Origin: Alphaproteobacteria bacterium
Lineage (GTDB): Bacteria > Pseudomonadota > Alphaproteobacteria > Bin95
Assembly (NCBI GenBank): GCA_964291285.2
Contig: OZ219787.1
Span: forward strand, 384,001 to 448,000
Direction of reading: 5' to 3'
Length of the DNA: 64,000 bases
In this document: one piece after another, positions 33,832 to 46,545 of the stretch
How the letters are laid out: every line of letters begins with the position of its first letter
How positions within the stretch are numbered: position 1 is the first letter of the stretch
Position numbers and translations under genes: made by a program
The notes under the pieces: generated by a model
The model's input: only the letters and a program-made list of their open reading frames with translations
What the model was told of the DNA's origin: nothing
The model's database searches: none

Positions 33832-34858
33832 CCTGCTTATTCTCAAGGATCATCCTGCAATGAGTAGTTGATATGGGATGGGTTGTGTTCTGACGGCGCT
33901 GTGAAGGAAGCGTGGGATCATGGAGTTGAGTTGGTATCGTCGGTTGTATCGCCATGCGAAGCTGGCGAGGTAGCGTTCGGCATGGTCGGGACCGAGCTTT
34001 CGGTAGGTTCCGGCGATGGCGCTCTTGATGTTGCCGAGGGTCGTGTTGACCCATTTGAAGGGGGCCATGCGGGCTGCCCGGCGGCCTGAGCCGGTACGGA
34101 TGGCGCTGTGGCTTGCGGCGATGCCGTCGAGGGCGTTCCAGCAGTGCAGGGCATCGGTGACGACCTCCGTCCCCGGGGCCAGCCAGCGTTTGGCGCCGCG
34201 CGCGATCTCGCGCTTGCGGAAGCCCCTGACCGGGACGAGCTTGACCTTGCGCGGAGCCCCTTCGGCGCTGGTCGAGACCGCCGCCACGAAGGGCGTCTTG
34301 CCCGGCGCGCCCCGGCCGCGCTTGCCGCCGGAGCGCGACCCGCCGAGATAGGCGTCGTCCATCTCGACCCGTCCTTCGAGCCGCGTGTCGGCTTCGCGCC
34401 GGGCCATCACCGCCATGATCTTCTGCTTCATGCTCCAGGCGGTCGGCTGCCTGACCCCGAGGCGGCGACCGAGTTCCACCGACGAAATGCCGTTCTTCGC
34501 CGTCACCACAAGGTGGATCGCCGCAAACCACAACGTCAGGGGCAGCTTGGTCGAGTGGAAGATCGTCCCCGACGTCACCGAAACCTGCTTCTTGCAGCGG
34601 TTGCACTGGTAAAGCCTGCGCCCGGCAAGAATGCAGTGCCCCCGATGCCCGCAGGAGCCGCACTCGAAACCGTTCGGCCAGCGCAATCGGGCTAGCACCG
34701 CCCGGCACTGATCCTCCGTGCCGAACGACGCTCGGAACGCATCGTCGCTCAAGCCACGAACACGCGATGCAACCTTGAATGCCATATCCATGACCTCCCG
34801 ATAACAGAAACCCTTCCAAACCTACAATCTCACAAGATGACTCTCAAGAATAAGCAGG
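33832..34858 (-). mobile_element. IS1595-family element, copy 2
   Basis: Same ends and transposase as copy 1, with 8-bp target duplication TTTCCTTT. Confidence 0.95.
33850..34791 (-). CDS. IS1595-family transposase
   Basis: Protein identical to 12601-13542. Confidence 0.95.
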   Translation of the reverse strand: MDMAFKVASRVRGLSDDAFRASFGTEDQCRAVLARLRWPNGFECGSCGHRGHCILAGRRLYQCNRCKKQVSVTSGTIFHSTKLPLTLWFAAIHLVVTAKNGISSVELGRRLGVRQPTAWSMKQKIMAVMARREADTRLEGRVEMDDAYLGGSRSGGKRGRGAPGKTPFVAAVSTSAEGAPRKVKLVPVRGFRKREIARGAKRWLAPGTEVVTDALHCWNALDGIAASHSAIRTGSGRRAARMAPFKWVNTTLGNIKSAIAGTYRKLGPDHAERYLASFAWRYNRRYQLNSMIPRFLHSAVRTQPIPYQLLIAG

Positions 34859-35499
34859 TTTCCTTTAGAAGTGGATCCAGTACGGGATCGCCAGTCTCCG
34901 TTCGGTCCAGGAGAACCAGCGACTCCATGTCCGTGTCGATGCGGGACAGGAGCGAAAGTTCCGCAAGCACCGCGCCGGCGACGGCGCATTGCAATCTCCA
35001 GCCGGGAACCTGGTGGAAGTATCCGGTCTGGTCGTTGAGGAGCATCAGAATGAGCTCGTCGGGCAAACTCAAGGGCTGGATTTTCGTGCATGCGGCGGCA
35101 GCGGTCATCGACCATGGCCTCCTCGCAGCTGGCTCCGCGGCCTGGCATCGGCGCCGTTGCGCCGCGACGCCTTCGCAAGCAGGCGGTGGACAGGGAACAG
35201 GCGAACAACCGGCACCGGCGCGGCTGCGGCGAAAAGGAGGCTGCGGCCGGGTGAAACGACCGAGCGAGACATAAGCCGGGCCTGAAAGTTGCGTTTCATA
35301 GTGACGGGCGGGATGCGGGGAGAGCTGTTGTCGCGATAGGCGGAACCGGAGCCGACACCAATCCGCAATTCAACGTATCTGCGAAGATTGCGGTTGCCTT
35401 CGTCGTCGAACTGCCAACTCCAATATCTATCACCGCTGATATTGGGGATAGAGGCCGCCATCGTCAAGCCCGAGCGGACCTGTCCGCCCGCCGGAGCCG

Positions 35500-36261
35500 T
35501 CAGCCGCCGGACGTCTTCAGGGACTTGAGGCGGTCTTTCGCCAGCCTGTCCAGCAGGCGCTCGAAGGCATCCTTCGCCGGTATCGCGATGGACCGCTTCA
35601 GCAGGCTGCGCGCCTTCTCGCGATGTTCGTCCTCGTCAAGCTCCAGCAGGCCGAGCGCATATTGAAGCGGCACGTCCTTCGCATCGGGCGCAAGCTCCAT
35701 GGCCCGCTCCAGCGAGGCGATTGCGTCCTTTTCGCGGGCGCCGTAGGTCAGGCGCGCCAGGAACGACCCCACCTTGCCGACCACGCCCGTGTGCCACCGG
35801 GCGAGACTGACATGGGCCGAGGCCATATCGGGATCGAGCCGAAGCGCGTCTTCCGTCGCCTCGCGAATCTTCTCCACATATCCCCTGTCCGCCGCCTCGA
35901 AAGAGCCGATGACCTGCGCGAGCCGGCCGGTGGCGCGCGCGAGTTGCAGATGGGCGTCCGCATTGCCGGGACCGGCGCGGACCGCCTTCTGCGCGAGCCC
36001 CAGGGCGCGCTCGAACAGCCCTTCCTTCTTGCCCTTGGCGGCAATGAAGTAGCCGTGGACCGTCAGCGACTGCGCCGCCAGTGCAAATCCCCGGGAGGTT
36101 CCGAGGCTCTCCGCAATCCGGGCCGCATCGGTGAACCGTCCCTCGGCGTAGGCCGCCTGCGCCTCCTCCATGGAGCGCGCATCGGCGGCGCCCGCCAACG
36201 GCAAGGCCGCCGCCACCCAGCAGGACAGTATGAAGCCGACCGCATAACCCCGATTGCGCAT
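35500..36261 (-). CDS. Exported TPR-like protein
   Basis: Signal peptide ending AADA and helical repeats (ALRLDPDMASAHVSLARWH). Confidence 0.75.
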   Translation of the reverse strand: MRNRGYAVGFILSCWVAAALPLAGAADARSMEEAQAAYAEGRFTDAARIAESLGTSRGFALAAQSLTVHGYFIAAKGKKEGLFERALGLAQKAVRAGPGNADAHLQLARATGRLAQVIGSFEAADRGYVEKIREATEDALRLDPDMASAHVSLARWHTGVVGKVGSFLARLTYGAREKDAIASLERAMELAPDAKDVPLQYALGLLELDEDEHREKARSLLKRSIAIPAKDAFERLLDRLAKDRLKSLKTSGG

Positions 36262-36394
36262 GACACCACCATCCGGCTTTTCCGACCCGCCCAGTTTACC
36301 ATGCAATCCTCGGCCGAAGCGGAATGCGGAACGCAAGGCGGGCGCACGGCCCGGATCGCCGCGCGCCCGCTGGTTGCGGGAAGGGCGCCCGCCG

Positions 36395-37738
36395 CTAGAA
36401 GAGCGGCGAGGAACCCCGGCCGAACTCGGGATAGGCTTCCATGCCGAGTTCGCTCTTGTCGAGGCCGTCGTCTTCCGCCTCCTCCGAAGCCCGGATGCCC
36501 AGTGCGAGCTTGAGGACGAACCACGCTGCAAGCGAGACGGCAAAGACGAAGACGCCGATGGCGAGCACGCCGATGAGCTGGGTGACGAAGTCGCCGCCGC
36601 CGAATATGCCGACCGCCAGCGTACCCCAGATGCCGGCGACAAGGTGGGCCGAGATCGCGCCCACCACATCATCGACCTTCAGCCGGTCGAGGGCCGGAAC
36701 CGCATAGACCACCAGCATGCCGCCGATGCCGCCGATGACGAGCGCCAGCACATGGTTCTGGAGGTCCGGGCCGGCGGTGATCGAGACGAGGCCTGCAATC
36801 GCGCCGTTCAGCGCCAGCGTCAGGTCGATCTTGCGATACATCGCGTAGCTCGTCGCCATGGCCGCGATCACGCCGGCCGCCGCCGCGAGGTTCGTGTTCA
36901 CATAGACGATCGAGATCGCCACCGCGTCGAGCGCGGAGCCGAGCGCCAGTTGCGAGCCGCCATTGAAGCCGAACCAGCCGAACCAGAGGATGAAGGTGCC
37001 GAGCGTCGCCAGCGGCAGGTTCGCGCCCGGCATCGGGTTGATGCTGCCGTCCGGGCCGTATTTGCCCTTGCGCGCGCCCAGCACGATGGCGCCTGCGAGC
37101 GCCGCCCAGCCGCCGGTGGAATGCACCAGCGTCGAGCCCGCGAAATCGCTGAAGCCCATCTCCGCGAGCCAGCCGCCGCCCCAGACCCAGGAGGCCTGGA
37201 TCGGGTAGATCAGCGCGGACAGCAGCACCGTGAAGATCAGGAAGGGCAGGATACGGATGCGCTCGGCCAGCGTGCCCGAGACGATGGAGGCGGCCGTCGC
37301 CACGAACACCATCTGGAAGAACCAGTCGGACATGACCGAGTAGCCGCCCTCGACCACCGCGGCGACCTGTTCGCTCGTCGCTTCCTCTGCGTTGAGGAGT
37401 GCGAGCTCGGCCTCGGACGGGTTGTAGAGGAAGTCGAACGTGCCGATCCAGCCGCCGTCAACATCCGTGTACATCACGGCATAGCCGACGATGTAGAACA
37501 TGATGCCGGCGATGGAGTAGAGCGCGATGTTCTTCAGGCAGATCGCCGCGGTGTTCTTGGTCCGCACGAGGCCCGATTCCAGCATGGCGAAGCCGGCCGC
37601 CATCAGCATGACCAGGAAGCCGTGCACCAGGAAGGAGAAGGTGTTGAAGACGAAGGCGATCTCGCCTTCGACCGCCGCGGCGGCGGGCGACGCCGCCAGG
37701 GTGAACAGGGCCGCGAGGCCGGTGATGGTGCGAAGCAT
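36395..37738 (-). CDS. amtB: Ammonium transporter
   Basis: FFQMVFVATAASIVSG, DFAGSTLVH, WFGWFGFNGGS, DDVVGAISAH. Confidence 0.96.
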   Translation of the reverse strand: MLRTITGLAALFTLAASPAAAAVEGEIAFVFNTFSFLVHGFLVMLMAAGFAMLESGLVRTKNTAAICLKNIALYSIAGIMFYIVGYAVMYTDVDGGWIGTFDFLYNPSEAELALLNAEEATSEQVAAVVEGGYSVMSDWFFQMVFVATAASIVSGTLAERIRILPFLIFTVLLSALIYPIQASWVWGGGWLAEMGFSDFAGSTLVHSTGGWAALAGAIVLGARKGKYGPDGSINPMPGANLPLATLGTFILWFGWFGFNGGSQLALGSALDAVAISIVYVNTNLAAAAGVIAAMATSYAMYRKIDLTLALNGAIAGLVSITAGPDLQNHVLALVIGGIGGMLVVYAVPALDRLKVDDVVGAISAHLVAGIWGTLAVGIFGGGDFVTQLIGVLAIGVFVFAVSLAAWFVLKLALGIRASEEAEDDGLDKSELGMEAYPEFGRGSSPLF

Positions 37739-37753
37739 GTCCCTGTCTCCCCG

Positions 37754-38280
<527 letters not shown>

Positions 38281-38381
38281 TCAACACTGTCGCCGGTGTC
38301 CTGTCCTGACCCTCAAGGCCGGGTGAAAGGGGAGTGTTACCGGATGCCGCCGAACACGGCCGTGCATCGCACAACCCGGCG

Positions 38382-39599
38382 TCAGAGCGGCTCGCCGCGC
38401 ACGAGGCGGGGCGGCGTGCCGGCAACGCCCATGGCGTGGCGCATGAAGGCGCGCTTGAGGCCGGGCAGCCGTCCGACGGCCGCGAGGCCCAGTTGCCGGG
38501 CGGCCTGCACGGGCGGAACGGCGTTCGAGAAGAGCCGGTTCAGCCCGTCCGTGACGCCCGCCAGCAGCACGCTGTCGGCGCGCTGGCGGCGCTGGTATTC
38601 CGCCAGCACGGCCGGGCCGCCGATATCGAGCCCGAGGCGGAACGCATCGACCGCGCATTCCGCGAGCCCGGCTACGCCGCGAATGCCGAGATTGAAGCCC
38701 TGCCCGGCGATGGGGTGGATGCCGCAGGCCGCGTCGCCCGCCAGCGCCAGCCTGTCGGCGAAGAAGCGGTCCGCCAGCACGAGCCCGACCGGCCAGCACC
38801 AGCGCGGGCCGATGAGCCGGATCTCCCCCAGGAAATCGCCGAAGCGCCATTCGAGCTCCTGAAGGAAGCGCGCGTCCTCGAGCGCGAACAGCGCGTCGGC
38901 AAGCCCGCTCCGCTCCGACCAGACGATGGAGGAACGGTGTTCGCCGTCCGGGCCGTCGGTCATCGGCAGGATGGCGAACGGCCCGCCCGCGAGGAACCGC
39001 TCATGCGCGACATTGCCGTGCGGCTCCTCATGGCCGACGGTCAGTACCAGCGCCTTCTGCCCGTAGGCCCATTCCACCGTCCCGATTCCCGCTTCGCGGC
39101 GCAGCGGCGAGCCGCGCCCGTCGGCGGCAACGATGAGCGGCGCTTCCAGAACGCGCCCGTCCCCGAGGAACAGCCGGGCGAGACCGCCGCCGCGCTCGCT
39201 CCGCTCCGCCACGGCCGGGGCGAAGACGGCGACATTCGGCGTGTCTTCCAGCAGCGCCGCCGCGGCCGCGCGCATCAGCCGGTTCTCGACGATATAGCCG
39301 AACGGCTCGTCGCCGACCTCGCGGTGGTCGTAATGCAGGAAGAGGGGCGCCGCGCCGTCGGTGATGCGGATATCGGCCATCGGCTCGGCATGCGCCGCGA
39401 TCGAGGGCCAGAGGCCCACGCCCCGCAGCACCTGCACGGAGGCGTGCGAAATGGCGGTGGTGCGTCCGTCGAAAGCGGCGCCCGTCTCCACCGGCGCCCG
39501 GTCCACCAGCGCCGTCTCCAGCCCGGCCGAAGCGAAGGCGCGCGCCGCCGCTGCACCGACCAGCCCGCCGCCAACGACGATGACATCGAGCCGGCTCAC
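38382..39599 (-). CDS. UbiH/UbiF/VisC/COQ6-family ubiquinone biosynthesis hydroxylase
   Basis: DVIVVGGGLVG, VAADGRGS, LAGDAACGIHPIAGQGFNLG. Confidence 0.92.
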   Translation of the reverse strand: MSRLDVIVVGGGLVGAAAARAFASAGLETALVDRAPVETGAAFDGRTTAISHASVQVLRGVGLWPSIAAHAEPMADIRITDGAAPLFLHYDHREVGDEPFGYIVENRLMRAAAAALLEDTPNVAVFAPAVAERSERGGGLARLFLGDGRVLEAPLIVAADGRGSPLRREAGIGTVEWAYGQKALVLTVGHEEPHGNVAHERFLAGGPFAILPMTDGPDGEHRSSIVWSERSGLADALFALEDARFLQELEWRFGDFLGEIRLIGPRWCWPVGLVLADRFFADRLALAGDAACGIHPIAGQGFNLGIRGVAGLAECAVDAFRLGLDIGGPAVLAEYQRRQRADSVLLAGVTDGLNRLFSNAVPPVQAARQLGLAAVGRLPGLKRAFMRHAMGVAGTPPRLVRGEPL

Positions 39600-39874
39600 G
39601 GGGGCGGCCGCTCCGCCGCCTCCCGCCTGAGCTTCTCCCGCTTCAGTTCGAACAGGACGAGCCGGCCTTCGGAATCGACGCCCAGCAGGTCCAAAGGCCC
39701 GTTGGCGGTCCGCAATTGCCGTCCGACCAATTGGACGTCCGGCATCAGCATGGCGGGGTTCCACACCAGAATGTCCTCCAGCAGGGCTTCCGTCCCGGCG
39801 CTCCCGGCCGTCTTCAGCGGATGAGCGGTCTTCCCCGCGTCGTCCACTTCCCAGATTCCGAAATCGTCCGTCAC
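39596..39874 (-). pseudogene. Endonuclease NucS-like PD-(D/E)xK domain, short or truncated
   Basis: TEALLEDILV...VGRQLRT...LDLLGVDSEGRLVLFELKR, then ends after ~92 aa. Confidence 0.65.
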
Positions 39875-40206
39875 TGCCGTCTCCCATCCGCCGGGGCGCC
39901 GACTCTGGCCATGTCCGCGGCCGGCGGCAAGGCGCGCCGATTTCATGCCTCCGTTCGGGACCCATCGCCGGACTCCGACGGATATGGCGCGCAAGCAGGA
40001 GACGAAGCGACCTCCGGACGCCGTCTCTTTCCTTCGTCCCAATATGGTCTATGATTCCAAAATGTCAATGGTATAGTAAGAATTATTACTGCATAATTTC
40101 GAACAAAGCCTATTCCTGTCCCCTTGCCCGGGCGAAAGACATCGAGCCTGCATCCCGCTCGCTGTCCTGCTTCGTCCGGGGCGAGCCGCTGCGGGCCCCG
40201 TCGGCG

Positions 40207-40866
40207 CTACCGTTCGGCGGCAAGGTAGCGGCGGAGCGTCGCCGTCATCTTCTCCGTCCGCGTGTCGTGAGGGAAGAGCGTGCGGAAGCGGCCGTCCGGG
40301 CCCATCAGGAAGGTGAGGGTGGCGTGGTCCACCAGATAGTCGTCGGCATCCGCCCCGGCCTCGGGCGGCACCTTGCGGCGGTGGACGCGCCAGGCCTTCA
40401 GCACGGCGCGGGTCTGGGCGGGCGTGCCCCGGAGCGCGAGGAAGCGCGGGCCGAAATGCGCCATGTAGTCCCGGAGCGCCGGCAGGTCGTCGCGTTCGGG
40501 ATCGACGGTGATGAAGAGCGGCTGCACCCGCTCGCCGTCCGCTCCCAGCGCCTCCAGCGCTTCCGCCATCGTCAGCAGGTTGGTCGGGCAGAGGTCCGGG
40601 CAGAAGGTGTAGCCGAAATAAAGGAGCGCGAAGCGGCCGCGGAAGGTCTCGTCCGTCACCGCCCGGCCGTTATGGTCGGTCAGTTCGAACGGCCCGCCGA
40701 ACAGCGCTTCCAGCGGCGGCGGCGAAGACGGGGGCGGTGACGGAGGCGGCGGCGCGGCGGCGGCGGCAATGCCGCCATTCGTAACGTTCGCCGCGTTGGG
40801 CGCGGCGGCGAGCGCGAGGGCGGCCAGCGCCGCCGCGACCGCCCGGACCGCGCGCCGCGCCGCCAT
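40207..40866 (-). CDS. SCO family copper chaperone
   Basis: GGPFELTDH, FGYTFCPDLCP, ITVDPERD, YLVDH. Confidence 0.95.
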   Translation of the reverse strand: MAARRAVRAVAAALAALALAAAPNAANVTNGGIAAAAAPPPPSPPPSSPPPLEALFGGPFELTDHNGRAVTDETFRGRFALLYFGYTFCPDLCPTNLLTMAEALEALGADGERVQPLFITVDPERDDLPALRDYMAHFGPRFLALRGTPAQTRAVLKAWRVHRRKVPPEAGADADDYLVDHATLTFLMGPDGRFRTLFPHDTRTEKMTATLRRYLAAER

Positions 40867-40871
40867 TGCCG

Positions 40872-42524
40872 TCAGGTCGAGTATTGTGCGAACTGGACCG
40901 TGCCGGCGCGGGCGCGGTAGTCGGTGACGACATTGATGACGGCGACACGGCCCTTGTCCACTTCCGCCTGGCCCCGCTCCAGCGCCGCGCGGATCCCGCC
41001 CGGCTCCTCGACCTGCTCGCCGTAGCAGCCGAGCGCCTCGGCGATCTTGTCGAAGCGGACGTAGCCGAGGTCGCGGCCGATCTTTTCGCGGCCCGGATCG
41101 GCCGTCCAGCCGCCGTTGCAGCTGATCACCACCAGCACCGGGATGCCCTGGCGCTGGGCGGCTTCGAGCTCCATCGCGTTGATGCCCATGGAGCCGTCGC
41201 CATGCACGCAGATCACCTGCTTGTCCGGCTTGGCGACCTTGGCGCCGATGGCGTAGGGCAGGCCGACGCCCATCGTGCCGAAGGGGCCGGAGTTCAGCCG
41301 GTGGCCCGCCGTATAGGTCGGCATGGACTGGCGCCCGTAGTTCAGGATTTCCTGGCCGTCCACCACCAGGATGGAGTCCCGGTCCATGAAGTTCTTGACC
41401 TCCTCACAGAGGCGGAGCGGGTGGATCGGCGTGTCGTCCGAGAGGGCGTTGCCGCCGGGCCGGGCGCGCTTCTCCGCCTCGCCCTCCGCCAGCCGGTCGC
41501 GCCAGGCCTTGAAGCGGTCGGCGTCGAAGCGCCCGTCGATGGCCGCCATCAGCTGCTCCAGCCCGGTGCGCACGTCCGCGACGATGCCGATGTCGATGGG
41601 CCGCGGGCTCTGCGCGATCTCCGTCTGGTCGATGTCGATCCGCACGATGCGGGCATCGGCGTTGAAGCGCGGCGGGGCGGCGTGGCCGACAATGTAGTTG
41701 AGCCGCGTGCCGAGGATCAGGATGCAGTCCGCTTCGCGGAAGGCGGTCGAGCGCATGGTGGCGTAGTGCCAGGGATGGTCCTCCGGCACGACGCCCCGGC
41801 CCTGCGGCGTGGTGTAGAAGGGGATGCCGGAGGCGTCGACGAAGCGGTGCATCGCCTCCGACGCTTCCGACCAGAGGATGCCGGAACCGGAGACCATCAC
41901 CGGGCGCTCGGAGGCAGCGAGGAGCGCGGCGGTCTCCTCGATCAGGTCCTGCTGGCCGGCGGGGCGGCTGCGGAGCAGCGGGCGCCCGGAGGTCGTCCAG
42001 TTGATCTCCTCCTCGGGCACCTTCGTGTAGAGCACGTCGCCCGGCATATCGATGTAGACCGGCCCCGGCTTGCCGGCCATCGCCTGCTGGAAGGCGATAT
42101 CGACGATCTCCGGGATGCGGCGCGGATCGTAAACGCGGGCCGACCACTTCACGCAGCCCTCCATGATCCGCATCTGGTCGATCTCCTGGAAGACGTCCTT
42201 GCCGAACTGGCCGACCGGCGAGCAGCCGCCGACCGCGACCACCGGCGTGCAATCGACCAGCGCGTTGCAGAGGCCGGTGACAAGGTTGGTGACGCCCGGC
42301 CCGGAAGCCGCCATGCAGGCCGCGGGCTTGGTGCGCAGCCGCGCATAGGCGTGTGCCATCATCGCGGCGGCCTGCTCGTGGCGCACATCGACCATGCGGA
42401 TGCCCTCGTTGGCGCATTCGGTCTCCGCCAGCAGCATCGGGCCGCCCATCAGGAAAAACATCTCGTCGCAGCCCTGCCTGCGCAGCGCCTTGGCGAGGAT
42501 CGCCGAACCCGTCAGTTCGCTCAT
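40872..42524 (-). CDS. Thiamine pyrophosphate-binding enzyme (acetolactate synthase/oxalyl-CoA decarboxylase-like)
   Basis: VRHEQAAAMMAHAY, GPGVTN, GTMGVGLP, GDGSMG. Confidence 0.92.
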   Translation of the reverse strand: MSELTGSAILAKALRRQGCDEMFFLMGGPMLLAETECANEGIRMVDVRHEQAAAMMAHAYARLRTKPAACMAASGPGVTNLVTGLCNALVDCTPVVAVGGCSPVGQFGKDVFQEIDQMRIMEGCVKWSARVYDPRRIPEIVDIAFQQAMAGKPGPVYIDMPGDVLYTKVPEEEINWTTSGRPLLRSRPAGQQDLIEETAALLAASERPVMVSGSGILWSEASEAMHRFVDASGIPFYTTPQGRGVVPEDHPWHYATMRSTAFREADCILILGTRLNYIVGHAAPPRFNADARIVRIDIDQTEIAQSPRPIDIGIVADVRTGLEQLMAAIDGRFDADRFKAWRDRLAEGEAEKRARPGGNALSDDTPIHPLRLCEEVKNFMDRDSILVVDGQEILNYGRQSMPTYTAGHRLNSGPFGTMGVGLPYAIGAKVAKPDKQVICVHGDGSMGINAMELEAAQRQGIPVLVVISCNGGWTADPGREKIGRDLGYVRFDKIAEALGCYGEQVEEPGGIRAALERGQAEVDKGRVAVINVVTDYRARAGTVQFAQYST

Positions 42525-42605
42525 CGGGTTTCCCTCTCTTCCGTCTTCGGTTCGTTCGTTCAGTTGCGTCGGAGCATAGGCGGGCGGGCCGCCGGGCGTA
42601 ACCGT

Positions 42606-44221
<1,616 letters not shown>

Positions 44222-44225
<4 letters not shown>

Positions 44226-45214
44226 GCCACGAAGCTCCCGCCGAGCTCGTCCTCGATGAAGATGCGCACGATCTCTTCGAAGTCCGTATCGGTCTCGAAA
44301 CCCAGCGCCTCGCCCCGCGCCGGGTCGAAATGGGTGGCCCAGCCGTTCACGATGTCCTGGATGAAGGGGTCCGGCTCGAAGGCGACGCGCGCCGCCACCC
44401 GCTCGCCGGCGACGGCCGCAAGCGCCGCCAGCATCTCCCGCACGGTGACGGTGAGGCCCGGAAGTGCCAGCATCCGCGCCGGACCCCAGGCTTCCGCAGG
44501 CATGGCCGCGGCCTTCAGCACGGCGTCCACCACCTTGCGCGGCGAGAGCACATACATCGCCTGCTCCGGCTCCACCGGGCAGACTACCTCCTCGCCCTGG
44601 AGCGGCTCGCGGATGATGGAGCTCGCCCAGGTGGAGGCCGCCTTGTTGGGCTTGCCGGGCCTGACCACGACGGTCGGGAAGCGCAGCGCCCGCCCGTCCA
44701 CATAGCCCTTGCGCGCATAGTCCTGCACCAGCAGTTCGCCGACGGCCTTCTGCGTGCCGTAGGAGGTCTGCGGGTTCAGGATCAGCCCGTCGGGGATCGT
44801 CTCCGGCATCGAGCCGCCATAGACCGCGACCGAGCTTGCGAACACCAGGCGCGCCGGCTCTGGCAGGCTCCGGGCGGCGGCCAGCACGTTCATCGTGCCC
44901 TGGAGGTTGACCGTCATGCCGAGGTCGAAATCCTCCTCCGCCCCCGCGCTCACCACGGCGGCCAGGTGGAAGACGGCGCCCGTGTCCGGCGCAATGACGG
45001 CGCGGACCTGCTCCGGGTCGCCGATATCGCCGATGACGGCCTCGACGCGCGGGTCGTGCAGCAGGCGCGGGTCGGGCGCGGCCCTGTCGAACAGGACGAT
45101 CCGCTCGACCGGCTGCTCCCGGCCGGCGGAGTCCGTCAGCGCATTCACCTCAAGCAGCCGGAGCGCGAGCCGCCGGCCGATGAAGCCGGCGCCGCCGGTT
45201 ATCACGACGCGCAT
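44222..45214 (-). CDS. denD: D-erythronate dehydrogenase-like SDR/epimerase
   Basis: ITGGAGFIG, HLAAVVSAGAEEDFDLG, SYGTQK, VRPGKPNKAAS...IIREPL. Confidence 0.8.
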
Positions 45215-45314
45215 GAGCCTTGCATCCTCCCTGAAGGCAGCGGGGTCCCGTGGATGGAGCGAAGTCCCGGACGCTCCGGGAACGGCGGGAAAATAGCCGG
45301 CGGCAACGGGGCTG

Positions 45315-45680
45315 TCACGGCGCGCGCTGCGGCTCCCGCGAGAGGCCGCCGGCCTCGAGCGCCTCCAGATACGCGTCCCAGAGTTCGCCCTGGCGTTCGC
45401 CGAGTTCGCGCAGATAGGTCCAGCTGTAGATGCCGGTGTCGTGCAGGTCGTCGAAAACCAGCCGGACGGCGTAGTTGCCTTCGGGCAGGATTTCGGTGAT
45501 GCCGACATGCGCGCGCCCGGAGACCAGCGTCTTGCGGCCCGGTCCGTGGCCCTGCACCTCGGCCGACGGGCTCTCGACCCGCAGGAACTCCGCCGGCAGC
45601 GCGAACGCAGCCCCGTCGTCGAAGGCGACATGCAGCACGCGCCCGGCCCTGGAATAGCGCAGCTCCGTCGGGCGGCTCAC
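45315..45680 (-). CDS. DUF971 / gamma-butyrobetaine hydroxylase-like N-terminal protein
   Basis: [15 protein letters not shown]...[20 protein letters not shown]. Confidence 0.92.
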   Translation of the reverse strand: MSRPTELRYSRAGRVLHVAFDDGAAFALPAEFLRVESPSAEVQGHGPGRKTLVSGRAHVGITEILPEGNYAVRLVFDDLHDTGIYSWTYLRELGERQGELWDAYLEALEAGGLSREPQRAP

Positions 45681-45871
45681 CGTCCGTCCTCGTCGAGCTC
45701 CCGCGCCTCCTCCACCAGCATGATCGGGATGCCGTCCCGGATCGGATAGGCCAGCCCCGCCGAGCGGCTGACCAGCTCGCCGGCCTCGCGATCGTAGTCC
45801 AGAGGCCCCTTGGTCACCGGACAGACCAGCAGTTGCAGCAGCAGCGGATCGACCTCTCCGGAACCCGTCAT
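45677..45871 (-). CDS. Trm112 family protein
   Basis: [14 protein letters not shown]...[12 protein letters not shown]. Confidence 0.93.
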   Translation of the reverse strand: MTGSGEVDPLLLQLLVCPVTKGPLDYDREAGELVSRSAGLAYPIRDGIPIMLVEEARELDEDGR

Positions 45872-45878
45872 CGCCGCC

Positions 45879-46532
45879 TCAATTCATCCGCGCCGGGTCG
45901 TCGTCGTTCGCCGCCTGGAAGCCCGACATCGCAAACAGCGTTTCCAGCATCCGGGCGCGCTCGCCGGTGTCGCCGCATTCGAGCAGCGCCTGCTTCTCGT
46001 TGGGCGCGAAGGGACAGCCCATGGAGAGCGCGTTGACCAGCATTTCGTCGTCGGCCTTGCCTACGGCGTCCCAGTCGGCGCTGAGCCCCCGCCGCGCCAG
46101 GAAGCCGCGGAGCGCCTCCAGCAGGCCGTCGCGGTCCACCGGGCCGCTGCGGCGCGCGTCGAGATCGTCTCCGAACCCCTCGAAATCCGCATGGACGGTG
46201 CGGTAGCCGTCGGGATGGCGCGCCAGTTCGCGGTCTATGCGGAAGCGGGCGATGCCCTGCAGCGCGATCATGTAGCGCCCGTCGTCGAGCTTTTCCGAGT
46301 TCTGGATCTTGCCGGCGCAACCGATCTCGTAGATCGGCGGGTTCGCCGGATCGGTCCCTTCCGCGCAGGGCTGCACCATGCCGACGATTCCCTCATCGCC
46401 CAGCGCATCGCGGATCATCGCCCGGTAGCGCGGCTCGAAGATATGCAGCGGCAGCATGGCGCGCGGCAGCAGCAGCACGCCGGGCAGCGGGATAACCGGG
46501 ATGACCTCCGGCAGGGACCGCCTGAGGGCCAC
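45879..46532 (-). CDS. LON peptidase substrate-binding domain protein
   Basis: [10 protein letters not shown]...EKQALLE. Confidence 0.93.
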   Translation of the reverse strand: MALRRSLPEVIPVIPLPGVLLLPRAMLPLHIFEPRYRAMIRDALGDEGIVGMVQPCAEGTDPANPPIYEIGCAGKIQNSEKLDDGRYMIALQGIARFRIDRELARHPDGYRTVHADFEGFGDDLDARRSGPVDRDGLLEALRGFLARRGLSADWDAVGKADDEMLVNALSMGCPFAPNEKQALLECGDTGERARMLETLFAMSGFQAANDDDPARMN

Positions 46533-46545
46533 GGCCGCCCGCTCC

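Larger units (their letters stand above)
32046..35108 (-). pseudogene. GPP34/GOLPH3-domain-cytochrome P450 fusion interrupted by IS1595
   Basis: N-terminal LPDELILMLL...AGAVLAELSLLSRID (GPP34-like). C-terminal ECLR and FAPYGLGTHTCLG heme motif. Removing the IS and one target copy gives an in-frame 675-aa ORF. Confidence 0.85.

Noticed and set aside
35420-35446. Palindrome CCAATATC-N10-GATATTGG upstream of the P450 fusion
   Set aside because: Single short occurrence with no regulator or second copy to support a function.
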